This document shows positions 7,999-16,032 of a stretch of 38,724 nucleotides of DNA, one piece after another. The position numbers and the translations under genes are program-made. How positions within the stretch are numbered: position 1 is the first letter of the stretch; each line of letters opens with the position of its first letter. Under the pieces are notes generated by a model that was given only the letters and a program-made list of their open reading frames with translations, did no database searches and had not been told where the DNA came from. Origin of the DNA: Desulfobacteraceae bacterium (GTDB lineage Bacteria > Desulfobacterota > Desulfobacteria > Desulfobacterales > UBA11574); contig JAUWLP010000002.1 of NCBI GenBank assembly GCA_030613575.1, positions 1-38,724 of the forward strand, written 5' to 3'.

Positions 7999-8682
7999 AT
8001 GAGACTGATAACGGTTTCCGGCCCGCCCTCTTCGGGCAAAACAGCGGTTATTTGCAGGGTGATCGAGGCCCTGCGCCAGCAAGCGGTCAAGGTAGGCGTG
8101 GTGAAATTTGACTGTTTGTCCACGGAAGACGATGAGCGGTATAAAAGCATGGGTGTTTTGGTGCGTAAGGGACTCTCAGGTGCGCTTTGCCCGGACCATT
8201 TTTTTGTAAGCAATATTGAGGCCTGTTTTCATTGGGGTCTTGATGAAGGTATCGATATCCTGATCAGCGAAAGTGCAGGGTTGTGCAACCGGTGCTCCCC
8301 ACACATCAAGGATGTCATGTCTGTTTGTGTCATCGACAATCTGAGTGGCCAGAACACCCCGAAAAAGATTGGTCCAATGCTAAAATCTGCTGATATCGTG
8401 GTCATTACAAAGGGGGATATTGTAAGCCAGGCCGAGCGGGAGGTCTTTTCATTTCGCGTAAAGAACGTTAATCCCAGATCAACTACCATGCATGTCAACG
8501 GGCTTACCGGCCAGGGCGCTGAAGAACTGGCCAGGTTGTTCGCAGAAAGTTCGGATGTAGGAGGACTTGGTGAAAGGCAGTTGCGATTTGCCATGCCAAC
8601 CGCGCTGTGTTCTTACTGCCTGGGCGAAAAACGTATCGGAGAGGAATACCAAAAGGGAAATATCCGGAAAATGGATATTTGA
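7999..8682 (+). CDS. G3E-family P-loop GTPase, HypB/UreG-like putative metallochaperone (copy 2)
   Basis: AAGGAG RBS. Motifs: GPPSSGKT, ExxG (SESAGL), ITKGD. It carries the same Cys/His set as copy 1 (FDC, CPDH, AGLCNRCSP, CSYCLGE). Confidence 0.75.
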   Translation: MRLITVSGPPSSGKTAVICRVIEALRQQAVKVGVVKFDCLSTEDDERYKSMGVLVRKGLSGALCPDHFFVSNIEACFHWGLDEGIDILISESAGLCNRCSPHIKDVMSVCVIDNLSGQNTPKKIGPMLKSADIVVITKGDIVSQAEREVFSFRVKNVNPRSTTMHVNGLTGQGAEELARLFAESSDVGGLGERQLRFAMPTALCSYCLGEKRIGEEYQKGNIRKMDI

Positions 8683-8692
8683 GGTAAGAATA

Positions 8693-9733
8693 TTGGAAGC
8701 AATTCGGTTTAATAACAACATTATCCGTCGTGAGGAAATCCTGAACATGGATACAGGCTCACTTCGGCAACGCCTTCCGGCCATAAACGATTTTTTTTCC
8801 TCCTTCGGGCTGACGGCGCCTGAAGATGGAACGACCATCAGTCATTTTTTACTTGAGCTTGATGCGGAGATCCTCAACGATATCGGTATGGAACGTGAGG
8901 CAATAAATGAGGTTTTTTTAGACTTTATAGAAGGAATGCTGGAAATACAAAAAACCTCTGGTTTCAAACTTGTCGAACTGACAATCATTGGGGGTCGTAA
9001 TAAGGACGGTAAGTCGGAAGAATTGAACCTTGAATTGCGTCCGAGTCAGATTATTTGCCTTGTGGGCCATACCGGTTCAGGAAAGAGCAGATTGCTTGCC
9101 GACATTGAATGGATGGCCAGGGGGGACACGCCAACTGGGCGGAGGATTTTGATCAACGGTGATATTCCTCCATCCTCATGGCGCCATTCCCATGAGCACC
9201 GGTTGGTGGCCCAGTTAACACAAAATATGAACTTTGTCATGGACGTTGCTGTAGATGAGTTTGTCAGGTTGCATGCGGAAAGCAGACTTGTCCAAAATGT
9301 GGAGGCAAAGACAAATCAGATTCTTTTAAAGGCAAACGATCTTGCAGGTGAGCCTTTTGCACCGGATACACCGGTGACCAGCCTGTCCGGTGGGCAGTCC
9401 CGTGCCTTGATGATTGCGGATATAGCCCTTTTGAGCGCCTCCCCCATTGTCCTCATTGACGAGATAGAAAATGCAGGCATCGACCGGAAGCGCGCCCTTG
9501 AATTACTTATAGACGAGGAGAAAATCGTTCTTATCGCCACCCATGATCCCATCCTGGCCTTAATGGGTGAAAAACGATTGATCCTGCGTAACGGCGGGGT
9601 TCACAAAATTATCAATACAACCCCTGTGGAAAGAAGAAATTTATCTAAGATTGAGGAATTGGATAAAAACTTTCTTGGTTTACGCAATCGTATACGAAAT
9701 GGAGAACTTATCGACTTTGAAATCGGATTGTAA
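8693..9733 (+). CDS. Stand-alone ABC-type ATPase with an N-terminal extension of about 100 aa (copy 2)
   Basis: Motifs: Walker A GHTGSGKS, LTQNMNF, LSGGQSRAL, IVLIDEIENAG, IATHDP. The start is uncertain. TTG 8693 has GAGG 8 nt upstream; the alternative is ATG 8747. The track start at 8567 overlaps the GTPase by 116 nt and is rejected. Confidence 0.7.
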   Translation: MEAIRFNNNIIRREEILNMDTGSLRQRLPAINDFFSSFGLTAPEDGTTISHFLLELDAEILNDIGMEREAINEVFLDFIEGMLEIQKTSGFKLVELTIIGGRNKDGKSEELNLELRPSQIICLVGHTGSGKSRLLADIEWMARGDTPTGRRILINGDIPPSSWRHSHEHRLVAQLTQNMNFVMDVAVDEFVRLHAESRLVQNVEAKTNQILLKANDLAGEPFAPDTPVTSLSGGQSRALMIADIALLSASPIVLIDEIENAGIDRKRALELLIDEEKIVLIATHDPILALMGEKRLILRNGGVHKIINTTPVERRNLSKIEELDKNFLGLRNRIRNGELIDFEIGL

Positions 9734-9775
9734 ATCGTATCTTTATTGAAAAAATTTTAGAAAGGAGAAAATGTC

Positions 9776-10759
9776 ATGAAAAAAATTTATCTAATTGTTG
9801 CTTTTCTACTCATGTTTTCCGTTCCTGTTTTGGCGCAGTCCAAAATGGAGAAACTGGTTTTAGCGGGCCCGAAATCGAGTGTGACTCACCCAATGGCGTA
9901 CATAATCGAGGCCGGCCTTATCAAAGATGTAGCCAAAGAGGTAAAGCTCATTATCTGGGATAATCCTGATCAGCTTCGCTCGCTTGTTGCCGGCGGTCAG
10001 GCCCATTTCTCAGCCGTGCCCAGTTACGTGGCGGCGAATTTTTATAATAAAGGGGTCCATGTCCGGCTATTGAATATATCGGCATGGGGCATTCTGTGGA
10101 TTGTCTCTTCCGATCCTGACGTCAAAACCATTGCCGATCTGAAAGGCGAAGAAATCGTCCTGACTTATCGGAGGGATATGCCTGATCTGGTACTTTCCAG
10201 CCTGGCACTGAAACAGGGCCTTGATCCGACCAGGGATTTTAAATTGCGTTATCTGCCGAACTTTCCGGCCGTATCCCAGGAAGTTGTAAGCGGCAGGGCC
10301 AAACACGCCCTTTTAGCCGAACCCCTTGTCTCGGTGTCCCTTCTAAAATCTTCCAGGATGAAAGGCAAAGCTCCGAAACTCTATCGGGCTGTTGATATTC
10401 AAAAAGAGTGGGGGCGGGTCTATAATACCGATTCTAAAATCCCCCAGGCCGGCATATGCGCCATGCCGGAGGTAGCTAAACAGCCTGAAACGGTAAAGGC
10501 GTTTCAGAATGCTTACAGGGACGCTATCGACTGGTGCAACAAGAACCCGAAAGAGGCCGGCAAGATCGTGGCTAAGTATATTCCAGGCCTAAAACCTGGT
10601 CCGGTTGCCACCGCGCTGAAAAACGCCGGCCTCGAATTCATCTCCGCCCATGACGCAAAGCCGGAGATCGAGCAATTTTATAATGTGCTAAAGTCTCTTA
10701 ACCCCGCAAAGATTGGCGGGAAACTGCCAGATGATTACTTTTACTGGAGTGACCGCTGA
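9776..10759 (+). CDS. ABC transporter substrate-binding protein, NMT1/THI5-like, secreted (copy 2)
   Basis: AAAGGAG RBS and signal peptide MKKIYLIVAFLLMFSVPVLA. Paralogous to 1707-2693. Confidence 0.85.
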   Translation: MKKIYLIVAFLLMFSVPVLAQSKMEKLVLAGPKSSVTHPMAYIIEAGLIKDVAKEVKLIIWDNPDQLRSLVAGGQAHFSAVPSYVAANFYNKGVHVRLLNISAWGILWIVSSDPDVKTIADLKGEEIVLTYRRDMPDLVLSSLALKQGLDPTRDFKLRYLPNFPAVSQEVVSGRAKHALLAEPLVSVSLLKSSRMKGKAPKLYRAVDIQKEWGRVYNTDSKIPQAGICAMPEVAKQPETVKAFQNAYRDAIDWCNKNPKEAGKIVAKYIPGLKPGPVATALKNAGLEFISAHDAKPEIEQFYNVLKSLNPAKIGGKLPDDYFYWSDR

Positions 10760-11541
10760 TGTCTTTATTCCATTGGCTGCGGAAAAAGCTGCTTTTTTTG
10801 ACCCGCGCAAATCTGTTTATCGCCATTGGTTTTATGCTGCTGCTGGCAGGATGGCAGGTGCTTTCCTTTTATACGCACGAAATTTTACTCGCATCTCCGG
10901 CCCAGGCGGCTTGCGCGCTATGGGGAATAATCGGAACTTCATATTTTAACGAGAATTTTCTTATAACGTTATGGCGTCTTTTCTTCGGCATCGTATCGGG
11001 CGGGCTAATTGGGTTTGTTCTCGGGACCGCGGCAGGGCTTAATGAAGATATAAAGAATATTTTAGAACCTTTTCGCTGGATAATGTTGAGCATCCCGCCG
11101 GTGGTTGTGGTAGTGCTGGCCATGCTCTGGTTCGGCATGGGATCTAAAATGGTGGCCTTTATCACATCCGTACTGGTAGCCCCGATTGTGTATGTCAACA
11201 CCGTCAAGGGGATTGAAATGGTTGATGAAAAACTGGTGGAAATGGCGCGTCTGTACAAATTCGGTTTTGTGATGCGCATAAAAGACGTCTATACACCGGC
11301 GATCATCGGGCCGCTTGGCGCGGCCATGGTGCTGATAACCTGCATGGGCGCACGAGTGGTTATACTGGCGGAACTTATGGGCGCCAACGACGGTATCGGA
11401 TACGCCCTGGGCGTGACCCGGTCCAATCTGGACGTTCCCCAGCTTTTCGCATGGGTGCTGGTCACTCTCGGCATTGTGTCGGTGTTTGAGTTTATACTTC
11501 TTCGTCCCGTAGAAAAACATTTCATACGGTGGAAGTTATGA
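10759..11541 (+). CDS. ABC transporter permease, NitT/TauT family (copy 2)
   Basis: TGATG stop/start overlap at 10757-10761. Polytopic protein paralogous to 2707-3471. Confidence 0.85.
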   Translation: MSLFHWLRKKLLFLTRANLFIAIGFMLLLAGWQVLSFYTHEILLASPAQAACALWGIIGTSYFNENFLITLWRLFFGIVSGGLIGFVLGTAAGLNEDIKNILEPFRWIMLSIPPVVVVVLAMLWFGMGSKMVAFITSVLVAPIVYVNTVKGIEMVDEKLVEMARLYKFGFVMRIKDVYTPAIIGPLGAAMVLITCMGARVVILAELMGANDGIGYALGVTRSNLDVPQLFAWVLVTLGIVSVFEFILLRPVEKHFIRWKL

Positions 11542-12239
11542 GTCCGGTGATTTCTTTTGAAAACGTAGTGAAAGAATACGGCGGGCGGAAGGTGATTTCC
11601 GGTCTTTCATTTCAGATTCACAGCCGGGAGGTTGTAGGGTTGCTGGGACAAAGCGGCATGGGAAAGACCACCATTTTAAAAATTATCGCCGGCCTTGAAA
11701 TGCCAAGTGACGGAGATATCAAGGTGATCGCAGAACGTGTCGGTTATGTCTTCCAGGAACCCAGGCTCTTACCCTGGAGGACAGCGCTGGAAAACGTGAT
11801 GCTGCCCATGATAGCGCTTGGGATGAATAAAAAACAGGCCGGAGAAAAGGCCAATCACTTTCTTGGTGAAATGGAACTTTCTGAATTCACCCATTATTAT
11901 CCGTCGCAATTGTCCGGCGGGATGATGCAAAGGGTTTCCCTTGCCAGGGCCTTTGCCACTGAACCTGAAGTGTTGCTTCTCGATGAACCGTTCAGTGCCC
12001 TGGATCTTCAAATGAAAGATGCGATTTTGTCAATGATTGAAGAACGGCTTTTGGTTCAGCCAATGACAGTTTTGTATGTCTCTCATTCACAGGAAGAGGT
12101 AATGCGGATTTCAAACAGGATTTTCATGATGTCTTCCGGGAGCAAACTGGATGAATTGCCGATACAGCACTGCCGGGCGTTCAGGGCTGGATGTAAAAAA
12201 GCGTTTTTAAAATGGACAAAACAAATCGGATCAAATTAG
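11538..12239 (+). CDS. ABC transporter ATP-binding protein (copy 2)
   Basis: ATGA overlap at 11538-11541, the same junction geometry as copy 1. Motifs: GQSGMGKTT, LSGGMMQRV, LLLDEPFSALD, VSHS. Confidence 0.9.
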   Translation: MSPVISFENVVKEYGGRKVISGLSFQIHSREVVGLLGQSGMGKTTILKIIAGLEMPSDGDIKVIAERVGYVFQEPRLLPWRTALENVMLPMIALGMNKKQAGEKANHFLGEMELSEFTHYYPSQLSGGMMQRVSLARAFATEPEVLLLDEPFSALDLQMKDAILSMIEERLLVQPMTVLYVSHSQEEVMRISNRIFMMSSGSKLDELPIQHCRAFRAGCKKAFLKWTKQIGSN

Positions 12240-12416
12240 GATGTAGCAAATTATGGAAGGGAAATAGGGGGAAATTCAAAGCACGGGAAAAACACGGAAA
12301 CAGGGTAAAAAAATAATTAGCTTGTAAACTATTTTAATTAATTATAGTTTGTAATTTCTATTAAAATAAGGTATGTCTTACGACCTTCGACCGTTCACCG
12401 GGGCGGAGGCAGTGAA

Positions 12417-12462
12417 GGCGTAACCCAAGGCATCCGAAAATGCCGGGTTGCGCCTTTTTTTT
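12417..12462 (+). terminator. Rho-independent terminator
   Basis: GGCGTAACCC (12417-12426) pairs with GGGTTGCGCC (12445-12454), with one G-U pair and an inner GGCAT/ATGCC helix. A run of eight T follows (12455-12462). Confidence 0.7.
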
Positions 12463-12630
12463 GGAATTGGAAGGAGGTGATGATAATGATTTTAATGCCA
12501 TAGGCCGAATTGGTTCAGATTACTGAAAAGCGCGAAGAAAACAGTAAAGGTATTTACCAAGATCAAATTTGATGATCTCGTAAAAGGTGAAATTAGAAAT
12601 TGCGCCACAATATCAAGGAGGAGTTTAGCA

Positions 12631-13635
12631 ATGACATTATCAAGATGGTATAAGTTGACGCCGGCTGCGCCGGGAAGGTTTTTTCTTATTCTGCTTGCAT
12701 TTATTTTTCTGGCTTTCCCTGCAAATGCCGAGCAAAAAGGTAAAAAAATAAAGGGACCAAAGCCTGTGGGCGCTGTAAATTCCAGCAATGGCAGCGTATT
12801 TCCAAAAGGTAAATACGGAGCTATCTTCAAATATGTTTATTTCAAACAGGACCAGCTTTACGACGGCAGCGACGAGGTAGATTTCACCCGGCCTCGAAAG
12901 GGACAGAAACCCGGGAAAAAATGCTACGAAAGATCAATGGAAAAATATCAGCTTACCTTGCGCACTGGTATTTTTGAAAATTTCGATGCCCGCCTGATCA
13001 TCCCTTATTTCGATAAGGAAATGAAGAGAAAGTCCTTTAAGGAAGATTTTACTGATAGCAATTCCGGGATCGGTGATATCAAGTTAATCAGCCGGTACCG
13101 GATTTTGTCCCAGAAAGAAAAGGACCCGTTCAACCTTGCCTTCGGAGCGGGGTTGAAAATGCCCACTGGAAAATCAGATGATAAGGAAAACGGAAAGACA
13201 CTGCCCGGGTTTTTACAGACTGGCTCAGGTTCATGGGACCCCATCATTGAGATAGGCGCCCACAAGGTCATGGGACGGCATTGGCTGTCCAGCTATTTGA
13301 TGTATCTGATGACCACCGAAGGCGAACTGGGGGACCGAGATTTTGAGAGACCCGACGTCTTTAAATACAACTTTGCCTATGCCTATGCGCTGACTAATCT
13401 GTTTGATCTGGGGCTTGAGTTAAATGGCGTGATCAAGGGAAAGGCGGAATTGGACGGGAAAAAACTGGATAATACCGGAGGGCACACCGTTTATCTTACT
13501 CCCGGCGTGCATTTTAAATTTTATAAAGGGATGCATTTTGACGTGTGTGTCCCGATTCCTGTTTACCGCGATCTGAACGGCACGCAATTGTCCGAGGATT
13601 ATCGCATAGTGGCCAAACTCGCTATGACATTTTAG
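12631..13635 (+). CDS. Outer-membrane beta-barrel protein (MetA-pathway/phenol-degradation-like transporter family)
   Basis: AAGGAGG RBS. Signal peptide ends in FPANA-EQ. It has the GIGDIKL motif, an alternating beta-strand pattern and a C-terminal Phe (AKLAMTF). Family name is from memory. Confidence 0.65.
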   Translation: MTLSRWYKLTPAAPGRFFLILLAFIFLAFPANAEQKGKKIKGPKPVGAVNSSNGSVFPKGKYGAIFKYVYFKQDQLYDGSDEVDFTRPRKGQKPGKKCYERSMEKYQLTLRTGIFENFDARLIIPYFDKEMKRKSFKEDFTDSNSGIGDIKLISRYRILSQKEKDPFNLAFGAGLKMPTGKSDDKENGKTLPGFLQTGSGSWDPIIEIGAHKVMGRHWLSSYLMYLMTTEGELGDRDFERPDVFKYNFAYAYALTNLFDLGLELNGVIKGKAELDGKKLDNTGGHTVYLTPGVHFKFYKGMHFDVCVPIPVYRDLNGTQLSEDYRIVAKLAMTF

Positions 13636-13666
13636 ACAATACATTGACTTATAAAGGAGGTACGGC

Positions 13667-14662
13667 ATGATGAATAAACAATTTATTAAACAAACAGTTT
13701 CAAACGGGATAGTTGCTTTAACCGTGATTATTCTTGGCGCTTTTTTTATGTTTACCGAGCCTGCGAATGCTCAAAAAGGAATGAAGGCGCCACCGCCGGA
13801 AAAAATTAAAGCCATCATAATTGGTGATCGGGTGGTCGATATTGCATACAATCTTGGCGTTCTTCCTGAAGCAATGTCAGTGCGCGGTTGCATGTGGCCA
13901 TTAGCCAAACAGCTTAAGACCGCCAGCCAGATACTGGGTTGCCCCAAGTGTATAGTTGATAAAAAACCAACAATAGTTCCTGATACGGCAAAAAAACGAG
14001 GCATTAAGCGAATCATAATCGAAAAGCATCCTAATTTTTGTATTTACAAACCCAAGGTTAAGCCGGCCAACGTAGTTCCCCTGTTGGAGGGAAAAGGCCT
14101 GACCATCGAGTATGTGGACTTCTCACAGGGCATTGAATCGGCCATCCGTCAAACGGCCAGATTACTTAACCGGGAATCCATGGCAAAGCCTCTAATCGCG
14201 CGTTACAAAAAGGCAATGGCTAAGGCAAAATCAATTTTGCCAAAGGTCAAGCTGGGTAAACAGGTGCTTATCATCAATGGGACGTTCCAGCGCTCCACAG
14301 ACAAGTCATTTCTCAGAATCGAGGCAGCAGGAGGGTATTCAGACCAGTATTTGCTCGAACCACTCGGCTGTATCAATGTAGGTGATGTTCTTAAAACGGA
14401 AAACAAAAAGGTAAACAAAGGCCACTTTTCAATCAGAAAGCTGGACGCCCTGGCAAAGGCAAAACCTGATGTCATTGTGATGACCGGAAATCCCTTTGCG
14501 GTGCAAAAGGCTCTTAGTGCAGCAGTTAAAAAAAACCCGGCTTTGGCCCAGGTGCCGGCCATCAAAGACCTGGCCATATATAGTCTGCCCTTCTATGCAG
14601 ATTCAAGTGTAATTGAGTATCCTGCAATCTTAAGGCAGTGGGCTGCAGCCCTGAACGATTGA
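13667..14662 (+). CDS. Class III (BtuF/FhuD-like) periplasmic binding protein, Cys-rich
   Basis: AAAGGAGG RBS and a signal peptide ending in PANA-QK. Layout is typical of Peripla_BP_2 proteins (IIGDRVVDIAYNLGV..., KPDVIVMTGNP..., AIYSLP). It has the unusual conserved Cys motifs RGC, GCPKC, NFC and GCI. A paralog lies at 34394-35374 on the minus strand. Confidence 0.7.
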   Translation: MMNKQFIKQTVSNGIVALTVIILGAFFMFTEPANAQKGMKAPPPEKIKAIIIGDRVVDIAYNLGVLPEAMSVRGCMWPLAKQLKTASQILGCPKCIVDKKPTIVPDTAKKRGIKRIIIEKHPNFCIYKPKVKPANVVPLLEGKGLTIEYVDFSQGIESAIRQTARLLNRESMAKPLIARYKKAMAKAKSILPKVKLGKQVLIINGTFQRSTDKSFLRIEAAGGYSDQYLLEPLGCINVGDVLKTENKKVNKGHFSIRKLDALAKAKPDVIVMTGNPFAVQKALSAAVKKNPALAQVPAIKDLAIYSLPFYADSSVIEYPAILRQWAAALND

Positions 14663-14776
14663 ATTTACGAAAAATGTAGTGCCATAAAAACAAAGCATAT
14701 GTGCAATATGCTGTGATTGTTAAACGATAAAAATAGACCTGCAAAGATGGGTTATATGCGATTTACTTGACCTATA

Positions 14777-14859
14777 GCCCGTTAAGCGGCGCCCCGCGCC
14801 GCTTAACGGGCGCGAAACGATACGCAATCGAGTGTCAGTTAGGCGGCCCGCGCCGCCTA
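14777..14859. repeat. Two GC-rich REP-like hairpins
   Basis: Hairpin 1 is a 15-bp perfect stem, GCCCGTTAAGCGGCG/CGCCGCTTAACGGGC (14777-14811), with a 5-nt loop. Hairpin 2 is TAGGCGGC-CCGC-GCCGCCTA (14840-14859). No T-run follows either. Confidence 0.55.
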
Positions 14860-14968
14860 GCCCTCAATGGAGCTGCAGAACCGCCGCATAATACATGCTT
14901 CGGTATGATTATACAGCGAACCTGCAGTTCATCTCTCGCGCATTAGCTGGAAGAAAGGAATCAACGTT

Positions 14969-15766
14969 ATGGAAGAACAATTAAGCGGTATTCCGGAAAC
15001 CTTGCTTATACCTCTCTGGGCAAGAGCTGTTGAAACAAAACGCTCTACACCCATCATTAATGATATTAGAGCAGTGGAGATGGTAGAGCGCATTGAGTAT
15101 GACTTTTCAAAATTTGACAAGGCATGGATGTCGCAGGTTGGCGTTGCCATTAGAACCAAACTCTTAGATGAGGCGACAATGGCCTTTATTAACAAATACC
15201 CTGATTCGGTAATTATTAATATTGGAGCTGGTCTTGATACACGCTTTTTTAGGGTGGATAACGATAGAATCCGTTGGTATGAATTAGACTTGCCTGAATC
15301 AATTCACATCAGAAAAAAATTCTTCAATGAAACTGATAGATACAGAATGATTGCTAAATCTGTGTTTGATTATTCCTGGATTAAGCAGATTGATACCTTT
15401 ACCGATTCAGTTTTAATCATTGCAGAAGGCGTATTGATGTACTTTGAAGAAGATGATATTAAAAGCCTGATGGCCAGGATGGTTGTTGCATTCCCACATG
15501 CAGAGATGCTTTTTGAAATGATGACACCTACATTAGCAAAAAGGAGTAAACAGCATGATGCTGTTAGTAAAACTGATGCTGAGTTCAGATGGGGAATTAC
15601 CAGTGGAAAAGAGATGGAAGCCTTAAGCACTAAAATCAAGTATATTGAAGAATGGAATTACTTTGATTATCATCAGGATAGATGGCGTTGGGTGCGCTGG
15701 TTGGCTTTGATTCCAGCGTTTAAGAATCGCTTTAATAATAGAATTGTTCATTTATGCTTTATCTGA
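14969..15766 (+). CDS. Class I SAM-dependent O-methyltransferase (leucine carboxyl methyltransferase/TcmP-like family)
   Basis: N-terminal IPETLLIPLWARA and the SAM-binding motif INIGAGLDTRFFR are typical of this family. Confidence 0.75.
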   Translation: MEEQLSGIPETLLIPLWARAVETKRSTPIINDIRAVEMVERIEYDFSKFDKAWMSQVGVAIRTKLLDEATMAFINKYPDSVIINIGAGLDTRFFRVDNDRIRWYELDLPESIHIRKKFFNETDRYRMIAKSVFDYSWIKQIDTFTDSVLIIAEGVLMYFEEDDIKSLMARMVVAFPHAEMLFEMMTPTLAKRSKQHDAVSKTDAEFRWGITSGKEMEALSTKIKYIEEWNYFDYHQDRWRWVRWLALIPAFKNRFNNRIVHLCFI

Positions 15767-16032
15767 AGTATCTATCGCAATCAAAAGCCGGCTATAGCTT
15801 TCAAGAAAAAGTTTTTGGTGTAATCTGACATACGATCTTTATAGAGGTTATGTCGCTATTGCTGAGAGAAACTTGAAACTGGAAACTCGATAACCCCAGA
15901 AAATGTCTATGTGTCTCAAAGTTTCAAGTTTCAGTCGTACCGAACGCCTTATGCTTTATATAATGAAGGAAATAATAACTCCAAAATTTTTTTTCTATAT
16001 GTGTATATTAACAGCTTTGGCACGGGCTCATT

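Noticed and set aside
169-11520. Many antisense or out-of-frame ORFs of 60-200 aa in the track that lie inside the confident genes (e.g. 169-477, 2031-2522, 4955-5551, 6716-7138, 8229-8838, 10869-11279, 11062-11520; also 28466-29558 and 25626-26116).
   Set aside because: Each lies wholly within a longer ORF that has clear family motifs, an RBS and operon coupling. Their translations are low-complexity (Ser/Arg/Pro-rich) shadow frames with no RBS.
12254-12298. A purine-rich tract with five GGA motifs in 45 nt as a CsrA/RsmA-sequestering sRNA.
   Set aside because: The GGA motifs are not presented in hairpin loops, because there is no complementary pyrimidine sequence nearby. The tract lies directly in the 3' UTR of the ATPase gene. 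It is probably compositional.
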